The notes below the pieces were generated by a model. It did no database searches. It was not told the DNA's origin and saw nothing but the letters and a program-made list of their open reading frames with translations. Made by a program: the position numbers and the translations under genes. A stretch of 64,000 nt of DNA from Selaginella moellendorffii (Eukaryota; Plantae; Lycopodiophyta): contig NW_003314269.1 in NCBI RefSeq assembly GCF_000143415.4, positions 2,783,060 to 2,847,059 on the forward strand, given 5' to 3'. Each line of letters starts with the position of its first letter. The stretch's first letter is position 1. Of this stretch, positions 12,706 to 24,782 are shown piece after piece.

Positions 12706-13991
12706 TCATTCGCCGCTCTCCTCCTCGTCCTCTTCATCGTCCTCACCACTCTTCTCTTCATCGTCCTCACCTGTCTCTTCGGCTGACGAAGTGGTTGGAG
12801 ATTTCGATTTCTTCCAAGGCGCCTCAACCTTTTGTATCACCATCTCATCATCCATGAACCCCTGCGCTTGCATCTCTGTACAAAACACCCACAGCGAGGT
12901 GTCTGCACACTCGGCAGAAACCTCACGAGGACGAATGTGCTCCTCAAACATGACTTGCGGATACACCTCCTCGGGGTACTTGGTCACGTACGGAACGAGC
13001 TCCGGCGCACCACCCAACCTCAGCTCCTCGCGGAAAAACCTCAGTAGCTCCTCCTCCTCCTCCTCGTCAGGCTTCTCGCGATAGTGGAAAAACGGGAGAA
13101 AGAAGCCCCGCGCCAGCCAATGCACCGTCACCGTTTTCGCGCAGTCCCAGTCGACAATGCTCTCGACGTGCCCCGAGCCGGGATCAACCAACACCTGCCC
13201 GCTGCCAAACTCGGGGTGACAAAGGAAGAACTTCTCCGGGAAATCGGGCTGGAAATCCTCCAGCCACTCGAGGATGATCTCCGCGTTGGCCCTGATCGAT
13301 CTGCCGTATAAGGGGCTGTCTCCATACAGCAGCAGCAACCCCTGGATCTGGTTCCAAGCATACTCCTTCCAAGTCGAATAGGGGCCGGGGCTGAGGCGAT
13401 CGCCCACGTCCATCCCGCGCGCCATGGCGATGGCCACGGCGCCGTCGCGCAGCACGCCCACGCACGGAGACCCGTCTGATGCGAGCGCCATGTCACCAAT
13501 CCCCTCCAGCGGGTGGCGGTACAGCTGGAGCGTCACGGCTGCCAGGTCGGACAGCACCCTCTTCCTCCATGCCACCGTGGAGCGGCTGTCCTCCCAAAGC
13601 TCCCACAGCCGTACACCGTCGGCCACGGGTAGAACCGCCAGGTAGGACGGTTCCCCCGTGTCGCGTAAGGGAGGGGCGGGCTTGCCACGTGGATCGGCCC
13701 CGCGACGACCGTGGGGCCGCCTAGCTGCGACAGGAAGAGAGTGGCCGCGTAGCCAGAGACCGCCTCTTGGTGAGAAATCCGGCTGTGGCGAGTGAGCGGG
13801 AGGCGAAGCGCGACGCGACGCTCGCTCCGACCCTTGTCTACCAGCAGTGTGTCGAGCACAAGGTTGTAGCTGCCACGGCCAAGGACGCCCTGGATGCGGA
13901 CACAGCAGCCCAGCACTTTCCCAATGATCCTCTCCAAGCGTCCCGGAAAGCAACCAAAACAGTCGAAGACGATGCGCCTGACACGCTCCAT
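12706..13991 (-). pseudogene. APH-like kinase copy 2, frameshifted near 13650
   Basis: Near-identical DNA to 7830-9181; gggggaaccgtcc versus gggggatgtcc splits it into ORFs 13533-14051 and 12706-13998. Confidence 0.75.
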
Positions 13992-14179
13992 CTTGCAATA
14001 CCCTAAGCTATTGACAGTATCCCACGGTCCACATGAAGCCAGGGTTTGCACTGCGCTTTCAAATCCAAAGTCTAGTACTCGACTGACTCCATTTGCAGCG
14101 TTCTTTAGGGTTTATTTGAATGAGGGAATATTCCAGCCCTCCAAACTCTCCGTCTAGCCCACTCGCAGGGCTTTTACCT

Positions 14180-15528
14180 TGTCAACGCTGTGGAGCTTGA
14201 CGGTCCGCGCTGACTTCTTTCACAAGGAAACTTGGATGCCAACTTGGTTCTTTCAACTCGCTGGAGGACTGCAAGTCCTCATGCTTGAGCAGCCGGAAGA
14301 GGAACTCGTGTGGTCTGCTGTCCACCACCAAGATCACTGTGTGGACTCCTCAATAGTAAGAGGGCTGCTGGGTGAGCAAAAAAGAAAAGGACAGTCCGGA
14401 ATCTGATAAGTGTAACATCGTCTCCTTGAACAAGAACTCGTTGGCGACATTCTCGTTGAAGACCTTTTTGGCGCCCTCCGGATCGCCAGTCTTGGCCAGC
14501 GCATGCATCATGCCACGGGCATCACCTCGAACGCACGCAAATACCCTTACCTTGGACTTTTACCTGATTCCATAGATCGTTTCCAAGCATCGTTGACGTA
14601 CCTGAAGCATGAAGACCTTGTGTACAACATTCAGACTCAACATCTTCAGCATAACAAAGAGATCCTGTTGTAATGACTGATCTTTTGGTCTTGGAACCTA
14701 GTTTCATGGGATGGAATCTTGTGCTTGACACTGTTTATAGCTTGAAGACTGATATCCTCGATGCTCAAGTTGTGCAACACGTTCAAGTTCAGATCCAACA
14801 GTTCCTTGAAACCTTCAACAATGTCACCTCTTACCAATCGAGAGACTTATTCAAGGGCTCACCAAAGCACGGAGCGAGTTCCTCCGGAGTATGTGGAGGG
14901 GCCTTTAAGAAGAACCTGCCAACCAAGAGCAAATCTACATGCTTGAGAACATGCTCAACAAGACTGTGGAAAGCTTGATCCTTGTTCCTTTACTGAATCA
15001 GTCGCAAGAACTTGAAGTTTACCAGTGCTTCCGCTGATTTGAGCAACTCGACTGATGCAGCTAAAATCAACACCAAGCTCGCCAATTCTTAACGTTCCAT
15101 GCCCTCTAAAACTGCGAGGTCTTGCCTGGTCCGCCGCATGGCTACGAGCCTGGGGGAACACCAAGTATTATTTAGATCTCGTTTGTACTGGCATTACATT
15201 TACAAGTTTGTCTTATACAGGAGCGAGGACATAAGAACATTCACTTTGAACGCGTGTTTGTTGAAGATGTTTAGTTTTTATTATCTGGACTAGAAGAGGT
15301 AATGCCCATAGACTCCGTCCCACCACAGATCAGTAGCTCTGTAACGGCAACAATATGGTCTTCAGTCTTCTAGCAACAATTTCCCTCTCAGTGATATCAT
15401 CAGGTCCACTTAATCAACGGTCTCAGAGGTTCAGGTGCCGTCAAACTTGCACTGCGATTAATCTGGAGCAATCCATGTAAGGTTGGTTGAGTAGCTCCAT
15501 CCAGATGCAACTCCCCAACTTTGACCCA
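14180..15528. repeat. Inverted copy of 9342-10653
   Basis: e.g. cagcgttgaca (9410) / tgtcaacgctg (14180); tgggtcaaagttgggg (9451) / ccccaactttgaccca (~15513). Confidence 0.88.
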
Positions 15529-15769
15529 GACAAGGAGATGAGAGAATATTCTGGGATTGGAATATAACCTCTCATTCTAGCTAACCTGGCGGCCACAATA
15601 GGTGACCAAGAGGGATCATGACAGGCTTTGTCGTCGCAAGAACCCATGACCTGGATGTTGAAGATGTTGTAGTGAAACTGAAAATAAAATAATAAGGTTA
15701 TAAGAAAAGGAAAAAAGACAAAGGTGGTGTGAAGTTTAAAACCTTGTGAGAAATACTCTAAATGCAAAC

Positions 15770-18080
15770 TAGACACCCAAAGTTGTGAGTACCCACATAC
15801 TTGGATCCTGGCTCAGGAAATGGTAATATGCACATGCAGCATCCTGTTGATCCCAACCTTGCCCCAAGGGAATGACCGAAACTAGAGAAGAAAGCGAGGT
15901 AGAAGGTGGGAAATGTTGCCCAATGGTGGTAACTGCAGATTTGGAGATGGATGGAATGGAATCATGTGAAAGAGAAGTGATCATAGCCAAGTGATAAAGG
16001 ATGTGGATGGTCTGGTACGAGCTCAATTGTGATGTCTTTGAATCTGGAACAAGCAGCAGTAGATGATGATAAACTCGCTGGAACGTCGTGAGAAGAGGTG
16101 GCACTTGCCCGCTGAGAAGCTGGAGCTGATGGAAGAGGGTGTCGGCTGCAGTCCACACCAAATAGTCTGCCAAGTTGCCTGGGGAAACCGGGTTCAACTG
16201 GCTGGAAGAGAGTTGCTCCAAAAGATGATGGCATAGATGATGTCGAGAAGTCCCAGCTGGATCTCGTGAATGACAAGTCCAAAAGAGGTGATGTTTGTTG
16301 CTCCTAATAGAGAATGATGTGCCAAATAGAATGATGGCCAAAATGTCCCAAAAGAAAGTGATGAAGGTGATATAAAACGGAATGAAAGTGAGATGGCACT
16401 TATAGTGATGAATGGGCAACGGTGTGGAGAGAACATGTTATGGAATTTTGTGACTGTGTTTGGATGTGCGAGATGGTGGGATGATGTGAAAGTATGTGAT
16501 GGCAAGAGCTGGAACCAATAGAGGAATCTTCATATGATCGGTAATGCAGCTTGAGCATGGAATCCAAGATAAGAGTCACCATGCCCAAGATAAACACAAA
16601 ATTGTCTAATTTATCATGTTATATAGATAAGGTTTAGTCATGATAATAATATGACCACTATATAACAATACATCATTATTGCAAAAAAATGGTGAAAAAT
16701 CTATATAGCTCTTGAACATTAGGATCTTGCTTAACCATGCTTAACCATTCCAGCAAACTTGCTATTGCCTTCCTCAAAGCTTGATAAAGTTTACCACACA
16801 ATATAGTCCAAACTTGTAATAAGTGTTTATTTGTGAAACTGTTCCAAGTATATAATTCTGCAATTTTGTTATTGTTAATTCTTAGAACACTTACTATCAT
16901 GATCGCAAGAGGTACAAATCCATTTTTATTATGTTAATTAATATTTCAAATGTACTTAAATTGGAAGGGCATAAGGATGGAATTCCTAGGTTAAATATTA
17001 CTATAGAGTTCTATGTCTTATATTGCTTAGTTACAATGACTCTAACAATACTGAGAAATAGGTATTTAATATTGCTAATATATAGCATTAAGTTCTCTCA
17101 TTATCTTCTATTATAATATACTGTTCCATATGTCTATTGTATAGTCCTAATAGCAATCCCATTTTGGGTAATAAATATTCAACAGTTTTGCAGCATATTC
17201 CCCATGAAGGTGGTGACCTCTTCTTCCCAGCTTCCACTCCTATCCACAAGGGAACTCCCTTGGAGTTGGTCCTGCTCATGGAGGCCCAAGATCCTCCGGA
17301 GGAGCGAGATTCAAGAGATTCCAGCATTTCCCAGATCTCGGCATCTGCAGCAGATGAGAAGTTCTTTGCTCCACATGCTGCCTTGGGAGCTTACACACGT
17401 TTCTTTGGGACCTATATCTACACTCTTGTCTATATTTTTGTACTAATCTGGTTTACAGGCACTCTTGTCTACCACTCCAAGCTCCGTGCACTTCATCCTG
17501 GAGTGTTACAACTTATGAGTTGCCACGCTTCCCTCTTGGTGGCCCAACTTCTCTTCATGGATTCTTTCACTCTTCATCCGCTGCCTACTCTCACAGATCA
17601 CTTCATCCAGTAGCAGCTCTTTATGAGGCATCAGACTTCCCCGATCAAAACTATTTTCCAGCATTTTTGAGGAGACTTTCCAGCTTGGGCACTTCATCCT
17701 TTTGGACCTGGAGGACCTGTTCATTATATCAGTCCAGGCCAAGATATGGCACAGGCATCTTCAACGAACTCTTCCTTAGCGGATCATCACAGCCACTCTT
17801 CGGATTTTCATGACGACTCGACCCACAGCTTTGCGACCTTCTCAGCCCGACTTCTATGGCTCTTTGGAGGAGTGCAGCTCACTGCTCTTCATCCACTTTC
17901 CAGCAGGACTCACTTGTCTTCCCACACACGGGCATCTTTTGCAGCATTTGTCACGACACTTCTTCATGTGACTTGGCACAGCAACATGAGTGGCCTTCTA
18001 CTCATTTGGAGGCATCCTTCCAGCTTCCAGGGCCAAGCTTCTTCAGTTCTCATGCCCAGACTTAGGGGCCACCCTTTATG
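15770..18080. mobile_element. Probable decayed non-LTR (L1-like) retroelement fragments
   Basis: Broken ORFs; HHLFWTC (- strand, ~16290) resembles the HLFxxC zinc-knuckle tail of L1 ORF2; no RT core seen. Confidence 0.3.
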
Positions 18081-19610
18081 GTGAGCTTTCCCCATTTCTC
18101 TTTTTCTTTTCTTTGTTTTTTTTTGTCTTTGTTCTTTCATTTTGTTTCTTCTCTTTCCAGAGTATACGCCATGTGTAAATTTGCAAGCAAGGATCCAGCC
18201 AGCCAAAAGCATTTTATCTATGAACAAGTAGGTTATAGGAGACCTATTGGCAGGAGAACACAGTCAAGTATTGCTTGTTTCTAGGGTAACATTTTTTTCT
18301 TTTAGCCTTTCTCTCTAAGCACCTACACATTACCGATATGCAGTAAGATCTAATGACTAGTAGGGCCCCTTGCCTACTAGATGGAAGCCACGTCAGCACA
18401 GCTGAAGCTACAATTGCCTCTAGGGCATAGTTAAGATTTTTCACTTGCTAGGCAGCGGGAGCAGCTCCCAGCCCTAGCAAAATTTGGGTGGCAGCACTCT
18501 AGTGCAGCAGCTAGGTGGTATAGATTTCCTCAGCAGCAGTGGCAGTAGTGACACTGTGGGAATAAATCTTCAGGCAACTATCACGGCTCTCTCGTGGCCT
18601 TGGTGTAGGGTTTAGAGCTCTCAACTCCAACTGGCGGGCACCAGCTCTTGACTGCATCAAGTTCTGAGCTATGTTTGTGAGTTAGACAGGTCTAGTGACT
18701 CTAGTGAGGCATTTAGCACAGGTTCTACCACAGCTTTGGATAGCCAAAGTAGCGACAAGATATTTGATCCATGGTTTACATTACCTTTTGATTATGTCTT
18801 GTGTGATTGGAGCAGGTTGCAAGGGCCTTCATTAGAGCACTACTTCCAGAATGTATTGAAAACCTATGGGTGGAAAGGGGTCTTGAACATGATAAATCCA
18901 GATGAAATAGCTACCAATTTGTGAGAGCTCCTTCTACTAGATGTAGCTAGGAGTACTTGGGGAGTGGGAAATACACATGGCATATTAAGGCATGTTGGGA
19001 TCAAAATTGGCATGTATGTTGAGCTCTACAAATCATCGATCCTATTCAATAAGCAATGGGGTTTAAACAAGTGATCAACAAGCAAGTGTACAATATCACT
19101 GCTCCTATAAGAATTTGACAGTAAGTAGAATTTTTTTCCTATGCTTCTCTTGCCCAGTGACTTCTCTTGCAGGTTGGTGTACGTTTGCTCCATAGAACAT
19201 ATGGATTCATACTATTATAGATAGCTTTTCTTATTTTGTGGTAGCTACTGAGGTGTGCATGAACATGTGTAGTGAAATAATCTTCAACCTTAATGTTGGC
19301 ACTGTGAAGCAGTTTTCATGGCTTATGCATAGGGATCATGCTAGGACATGGACGAGTGGTACTATAAAAGGCTCAACCACAAGTAGATTGGTTTGATCAT
19401 GAGTGCCACATAGAGCAGTAGCTGATGCTAGGAGTTTGGCAGCTCCTAGAGCTCCTCCAGAAGCTAAAGAGACCCATGGGAGGGTCACAAAGTTGGGCCG
19501 GTTTTGATCCATTGAATCCAATCAATTTCCATAGCTTATTTGAAATAATTGTAGTGGTAGTGAGTAGTGGAAGGCAGTGGCAAGGAGCGGCACAGCGGCA
19601 GCGGCAGTGA

Positions 19611-20860
19611 GTGACAACAGCAGGGAGCGGCAGCGGCAGCGGCAGCAGCAGGGAGGAGCAGCGGCAGGAGCCATGGCCAGGCGCCAACATTTGGAAGGAG
19701 CAGGCAGTAATGTCAAAAGTCCGCAAGTTTGATGACAAGTTCTATGATATCGAGCTTCTCCCAAAGGTGGGACTTTGCCTGACTGATCGACACAGCTACC
19801 ATGTCAAACGAGAGAAAATGGATCGAGTTTGGGACATGGCGCAAGTGGATCAAGAGACGGAGCGTCTTTGCGCACGAGACAAGGACTTAACCGGCTACAA
19901 AGTTGCATGGTTATGGCTCAATACATTTGCAACGCTGAAGGACAGATTCACCGTCGAGTTTTCCAGAGCAACAACTATACCAATGGGCAAGTGAGTATTA
20001 GCTTTGCTCGGGCATTTGCAGTAAAGCTCACAAGAGATCAAGTGAATTGGTACTCCTATGCAGTTTCTAGAGCGACTAACCTGAAGAAGATGCAAGAGAA
20101 AAGAGCAAGGAAGAAGTAGTAGCCGGTCCGCAAAAGCCCACGAAAAGCAGTGACAAGGTTGAAACTTAGCTCCGACAATGATGATGACGGCGAACGCTGA
20201 GCCTCAACCTAAAACTCGGACAAGTGACAGTGGTAAAAATGGTGATAATTGGTACCAAAACCTAGGCTAAACCTAGAAGCATCTCTAATGCAACCACTCT
20301 TCACTATACTGTTGGTTCTGTTCAACAATCTAAGATTTCATATTCTATGGTGGTCCTTAGTAGGTGGGAGAAGTTACTACGAGCAAAGTACAAAGCTTTT
20401 TGTGCTGTTAGCTCAACATTGAAGAAGGCTTTTGACGTTGAGGACAAGAAGTAAGTATCAGTACGAAACTACCACCTCAGCATTGTCAACATGCAACTGT
20501 TTTGCACCACACAAGCTTGAATATGGATGCGTTTTCCATCTGTGAACTACACTCTTGATCTTTTTAAATTGGTTGCAATGATAATCCTGATTGTTTGTTG
20601 TTTCTTGAGCTACAACAAAATGCTCAATGTAATGAGCATATGAAACGAGTGAACAAGGCCAAGTTGGTGCAGCTAGATAGTGAACAGGATATTCTACTGC
20701 AACATATAATTGAGCACTTGACACAACTTTCTGGAGACAAGGTGAAAATTGCTCTTCCACGCAGCAAAAACTTCAAAAAGTCACGGGCAGTGATCTTACA
20801 ACAAAAGCAGAAGTACGAATTTTTGTTGGAAACCTTGAACGAGACGAGGACAAGCTGTTA
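19611..20860 (+). pseudogene. Frameshifted TE-associated or orphan ORF remnant
   Basis: ORF 19611-19994 continues in another frame (VSISFARAF...VNWYSYA...QEKRARKK), followed by a coiled-coil-like fragment at 20595-20861. Confidence 0.3.
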
Positions 20861-21549
20861 AGGAATGCCAAACTTTCAAAGGAGAAATCTTGGGATCTCT
20901 ACTCCAGTGTATGAAGATCTTTTGAGGCTCACTTTCGTGATTTTTCTGCAGTTGAGAGCTCGTTGAAAGCTGGAGAACTCCAATATTCAAAGGCAACACC
21001 AGTGACAGCACTTATCAATGGTGTTCTATCAACAACAACTACAACTTGCCTCGTGGAATATGGCAAATACAACTTTTGTAAAGAACACATACTTGACAGA
21101 AGAAGTACAATCTTAACACCATGTAAATGTAAGTATTTTCTTTTTTCTTAAATTTCTACATGCTAATAACAGGTGTGTACCGCCCCTTTTGCTTTGTTGC
21201 TGCGTTTGGCAAAGGAAACATATTTTTCATTGTTTTTTTCACACTACTACATTTGGTTTGTGGAGTATTGACTCTTTCAAGCTATCTCATTCGAGTATTG
21301 ACTATTTCAAGCTATCTCATTGAAGCTATCTCAGCAAATCCATTGTGCTAGAAAATGCTATCTATAAATTTAAAGATAGGAAAAGAGGTGGGATTGTAAA
21401 CACACTATTTTAAAAAAATCAAATCCAACTTGGAGGAAAGTAACAAAATGCCATAAAAACATTCTATAAGTTTTTAGCAAACCATTGGACCATACTCTGT
21501 GTTGCGTTTAGAACACCACCTCACTTTATACTCGTACCTCAGTTTGTAC

Positions 21550-23661
21550 TCATGCCAAAGACACAACAAAGTCAGGGACTTCCTCGTACTGATACGGCAG
21601 CATGTTCTTGATCCACTCGGCTTCAATATCCTCTGCATCTTTAAGGGGATCCGGCCTGGTTACAAGTATGTTCTTGAGCAAGCCCCTCACCTCCATGGAC
21701 AGGTAACCGTAGTTGCCATCAAGGCCATAGCATGTCAGCTGGAGATATCTCTTATCCTCCCGATCCCACAGAATCCAAGAGTTTGGGGCAGCAACTGCTG
21801 GCTCCCGCATTGACATGAGGACAATAACCATGGGTATCCTAGTGCCAATTTTGAGCTTGGTGAACTCAGACTTGAGGAACTCCAATGACGGTCCCTCCCA
21901 CCAGCCCTTGTGCGACTGATTCTTCACGGACACAATGCAGCAAGTCATCCCCTGAGGAGTCCAGATAGGAAGAATGAGATCGGCACCGGGCATATTGTTG
22001 TCCGCTTGATACATCATGGCAAGACCTCCTGCGAAGCATCGGCACAGCAATGCAGTATCTGGGACTTTTCCCACCACCACAAAAGAATGGAAGAACAGGA
22101 GACCACCTGCGGGCAGCCCGGACACAACTTTGCTGAACGCCTCCTTCGTAGTTATGTCCCGCTTATTGTTCACAAGCAGTGTCCGAAAGAAGTCCCGCAC
22201 TTTGATCGGTCGAAGGTACCAGCCACCTGATTGCTTTGCCTTGGCCAAGTCCCAAACCGCAGCAGCCAAGATAAACTTGGCCACAAACTCGCCACGGGGT
22301 CCCCCAGTGGCGTAGCCAGCCAAGCATGCCGCCTCCATATGCATCAGAGCATTTTGCTTCACTTTTTCGGACCTGAGAAGCGCAGCGGCTGCCTCTGAGA
22401 GGATGGGCTCTGCCGGCAGCGCAACAAAAACCCGCGACCTGTCTCTCGTCACCCGTAACACGAGGTTCATATGCGACGCTGCCAATTTCTCAGCCAGCGG
22501 GCAGCGAGGACACACCTGCAGGCCTGTTGCAGCAGCAAGCAATGCCATCGCTTGGCTCTCTGTCATCTTCCCGTCCTTGGCGAACTCGTCGCTGATTTCA
22601 CCACCCATGAGCTTCTGCTGAGCCCACGGTAACAACTTGGTCCTCAAAACCACTTCACTCTGTCCTTCCCGAGCCATTCTGGCGGCCCACACCGGCCTTC
22701 CATACTTCATCCAGGTTGATGGAGCGCTATACTCGACAACGCTGAGTCCCGGCTTGGGCATGTTTAGTTGCAGTGTTGGCAAGTAGTAGATCGGAGGCAG
22801 CAAGGAGATCCCGATCTTCAAGGCCCTGCTACTGTCCTCGTCGCTCTTTCTCGGCAAAAGGTTGCTCACTTTCGCAGTTGTATCCAGCAGGAGCGCAAAG
22901 TAGGCAGTCCACGCGAAAAAAACTCTGAGCGCCCGGCGGAGTTGAGAGAATGGGGTGTCTGATGGCAGAGTCAGACCCCTGGCCTCGTCAAACACGAATA
23001 TGACTCGAAGATTTACCAATTCGCCCTGGCTGTCCGAATCCATCCTGTCCATGTCCATGTCTTCATCGTCGTGATCACCATCCAAGAGCTCTTGCACCCG
23101 CTCCAATGCATCGTTCATAATCTCACCATTCACAAGATCCCTGTCACGCTTGTCCTCTTCATAACCCTTTGCTGGATGTGAAGCAATGAGCTCTTCCCAC
23201 TTCTCCCTCACTGCTTGGGCGATGCCGGAATTGCTCCCAGGTAACTGCCTGTCCTTCCACTCCACGGCCGAAGTTCCTTTCTCCAATTCCACGGCCAGGA
23301 CTAGGAGCCAAGCATTCAAGTAGAGCACCATCTCCAGCTCGGTGAAGCTCTCGGCGAGCCTGTCCGCGAGGAACTCCGTCCGTGGCGGATAAGCCGACGA
23401 GTCCTTGCCCGCCAGGCTGCAGTAGCAAATATAGACCCCCAGTGTGGACATCTCCAGCACACACCTCGTCTTGCCGACACAAGAAGATTGCACGAAGGGA
23501 GAGTAGGGCGAGTAGTGCATGCTTATGTTGGCATCTTCGCGAAGCTTTAGAACTTGCCGGTAAACCTGCCGGTGTGCATCGCCCACGAAATCCACACTGA
23601 AGCATTCACCTGCTAGCGCCGCCTCGACCCCTGCCGCCCGATCCACCTCCATCCGATCCAT
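21550..23661 (-). CDS. Intronless Crinkler/CR-effector-type P-loop NTPase plus C-terminal PD-(D/E)xK restriction-endonuclease-fold protein
   Basis: 703-aa open frame; YSPYSPFVQSSCVGKT (Walker A), IFVFDEARGL (Walker B), DTTAKVSN, GRPVW, KLMGG, EPILSEAA, GPRGE, PGADLILPI...VSVKN (nuclease D...xK). Confidence 0.75.
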   Translation of the reverse strand: MDRMEVDRAAGVEAALAGECFSVDFVGDAHRQVYRQVLKLREDANISMHYSPYSPFVQSSCVGKTRCVLEMSTLGVYICYCSLAGKDSSAYPPRTEFLADRLAESFTELEMVLYLNAWLLVLAVELEKGTSAVEWKDRQLPGSNSGIAQAVREKWEELIASHPAKGYEEDKRDRDLVNGEIMNDALERVQELLDGDHDDEDMDMDRMDSDSQGELVNLRVIFVFDEARGLTLPSDTPFSQLRRALRVFFAWTAYFALLLDTTAKVSNLLPRKSDEDSSRALKIGISLLPPIYYLPTLQLNMPKPGLSVVEYSAPSTWMKYGRPVWAARMAREGQSEVVLRTKLLPWAQQKLMGGEISDEFAKDGKMTESQAMALLAAATGLQVCPRCPLAEKLAASHMNLVLRVTRDRSRVFVALPAEPILSEAAAALLRSEKVKQNALMHMEAACLAGYATGGPRGEFVAKFILAAAVWDLAKAKQSGGWYLRPIKVRDFFRTLLVNNKRDITTKEAFSKVVSGLPAGGLLFFHSFVVVGKVPDTALLCRCFAGGLAMMYQADNNMPGADLILPIWTPQGMTCCIVSVKNQSHKGWWEGPSLEFLKSEFTKLKIGTRIPMVIVLMSMREPAVAAPNSWILWDREDKRYLQLTCYGLDGNYGYLSMEVRGLLKNILVTRPDPLKDAEDIEAEWIKNMLPYQYEEVPDFVVSLA

Positions 23662-24782
23662 AAAGGTTTTAATTTTTTTTAGGGTATATGGTGTGGCGCC
23701 AATGACAGCAATGTTGCCCTAACATTTCGATTTTTATTGACGTAGTTCTCCGGCAAGCTCTTGCTGTATTGTGTCCGTGGAGAACCAGTCGGACAAGTGC
23801 CGGTGGGAGGGACTGGCATTCGAAGCCCGGCATTGGAAGTGCTCAAGGTGCTCGAGCAAAATCTTGGCTTGTGTGGGACAAAGAGCATGAGAATTTTCTC
23901 CAGGCCATTATGGTTGCCATGTTGAGGGGGCTAACACTCAATGTGTTATAGCTATGAGAAGGCAAAGCTCTACAGATGTGAAATGAATATAATGCCAATC
24001 CTTTTCATATAGTCATAAGAAGGAGAAAATATTCTATCAAGGAATATTCTAGGAAGTGGAATATCTTAAGCATCTATGCAATAGAAGATGGCATGTGTTC
24101 ATAGGCTACGTTAAACACAATAAAAATCTTTTTATTGTGTTTTATGATTAGTGCTTTTCTAACTTCCTTCTTTTGCTTTGGATTGTTATCTCTAAAGTAG
24201 ATGGGGTGTTCTTTTTTAAAGAAATAAACTGAGGTAACTAAATCAGTTAAATTTAAGTAATCAAACTCCTCTTCAAGATTTACAGATGTTGATCATTTCT
24301 TAAACAAACGACAACAATATTAGAAGTATAATGGTGAGTTTTTGGAAAATTTATATAATCTATTACTTTACCTAGACTTGCCTTTTCAGTTTCACATATA
24401 AATAATGTTTTGGTGATACTATGGTTTTTATAAAATTATTAAAAGAAAAAGTTTGCAAAATAACACTTAGTACATTTTTCTATTAGGGCTACTTTCAAAA
24501 CCAAAGAGAGAGAACCGGCTACAGACGGTAGTAGCAACCGGCTGCAACCGGTAACTCCAACGTTCCAATTTATGGGAGCTTGAAGAAGAGCATTGTATGC
24601 GCGAAGCGAGCGAGCGATACCACGAGAAGAGGGAGGAAATTTTTTCGATCTGTGCGACGGAAATCGCGTGGCCGTGAGGAATTTCAAGCAGCGCCATCGA
24701 ATTTCGAGGTAGGTTTTCTAGGGATCGAGCGCTCCGGGGGAGTTCTTCGCTTCCTCCCTCCCGGGAATGCGTGCGGCTAGAA

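Noticed and set aside
21263-21332. 30-bp tandem duplication, considered as CRISPR-like
   Set aside because: Only about two adjacent copies, no spacers, eukaryotic context
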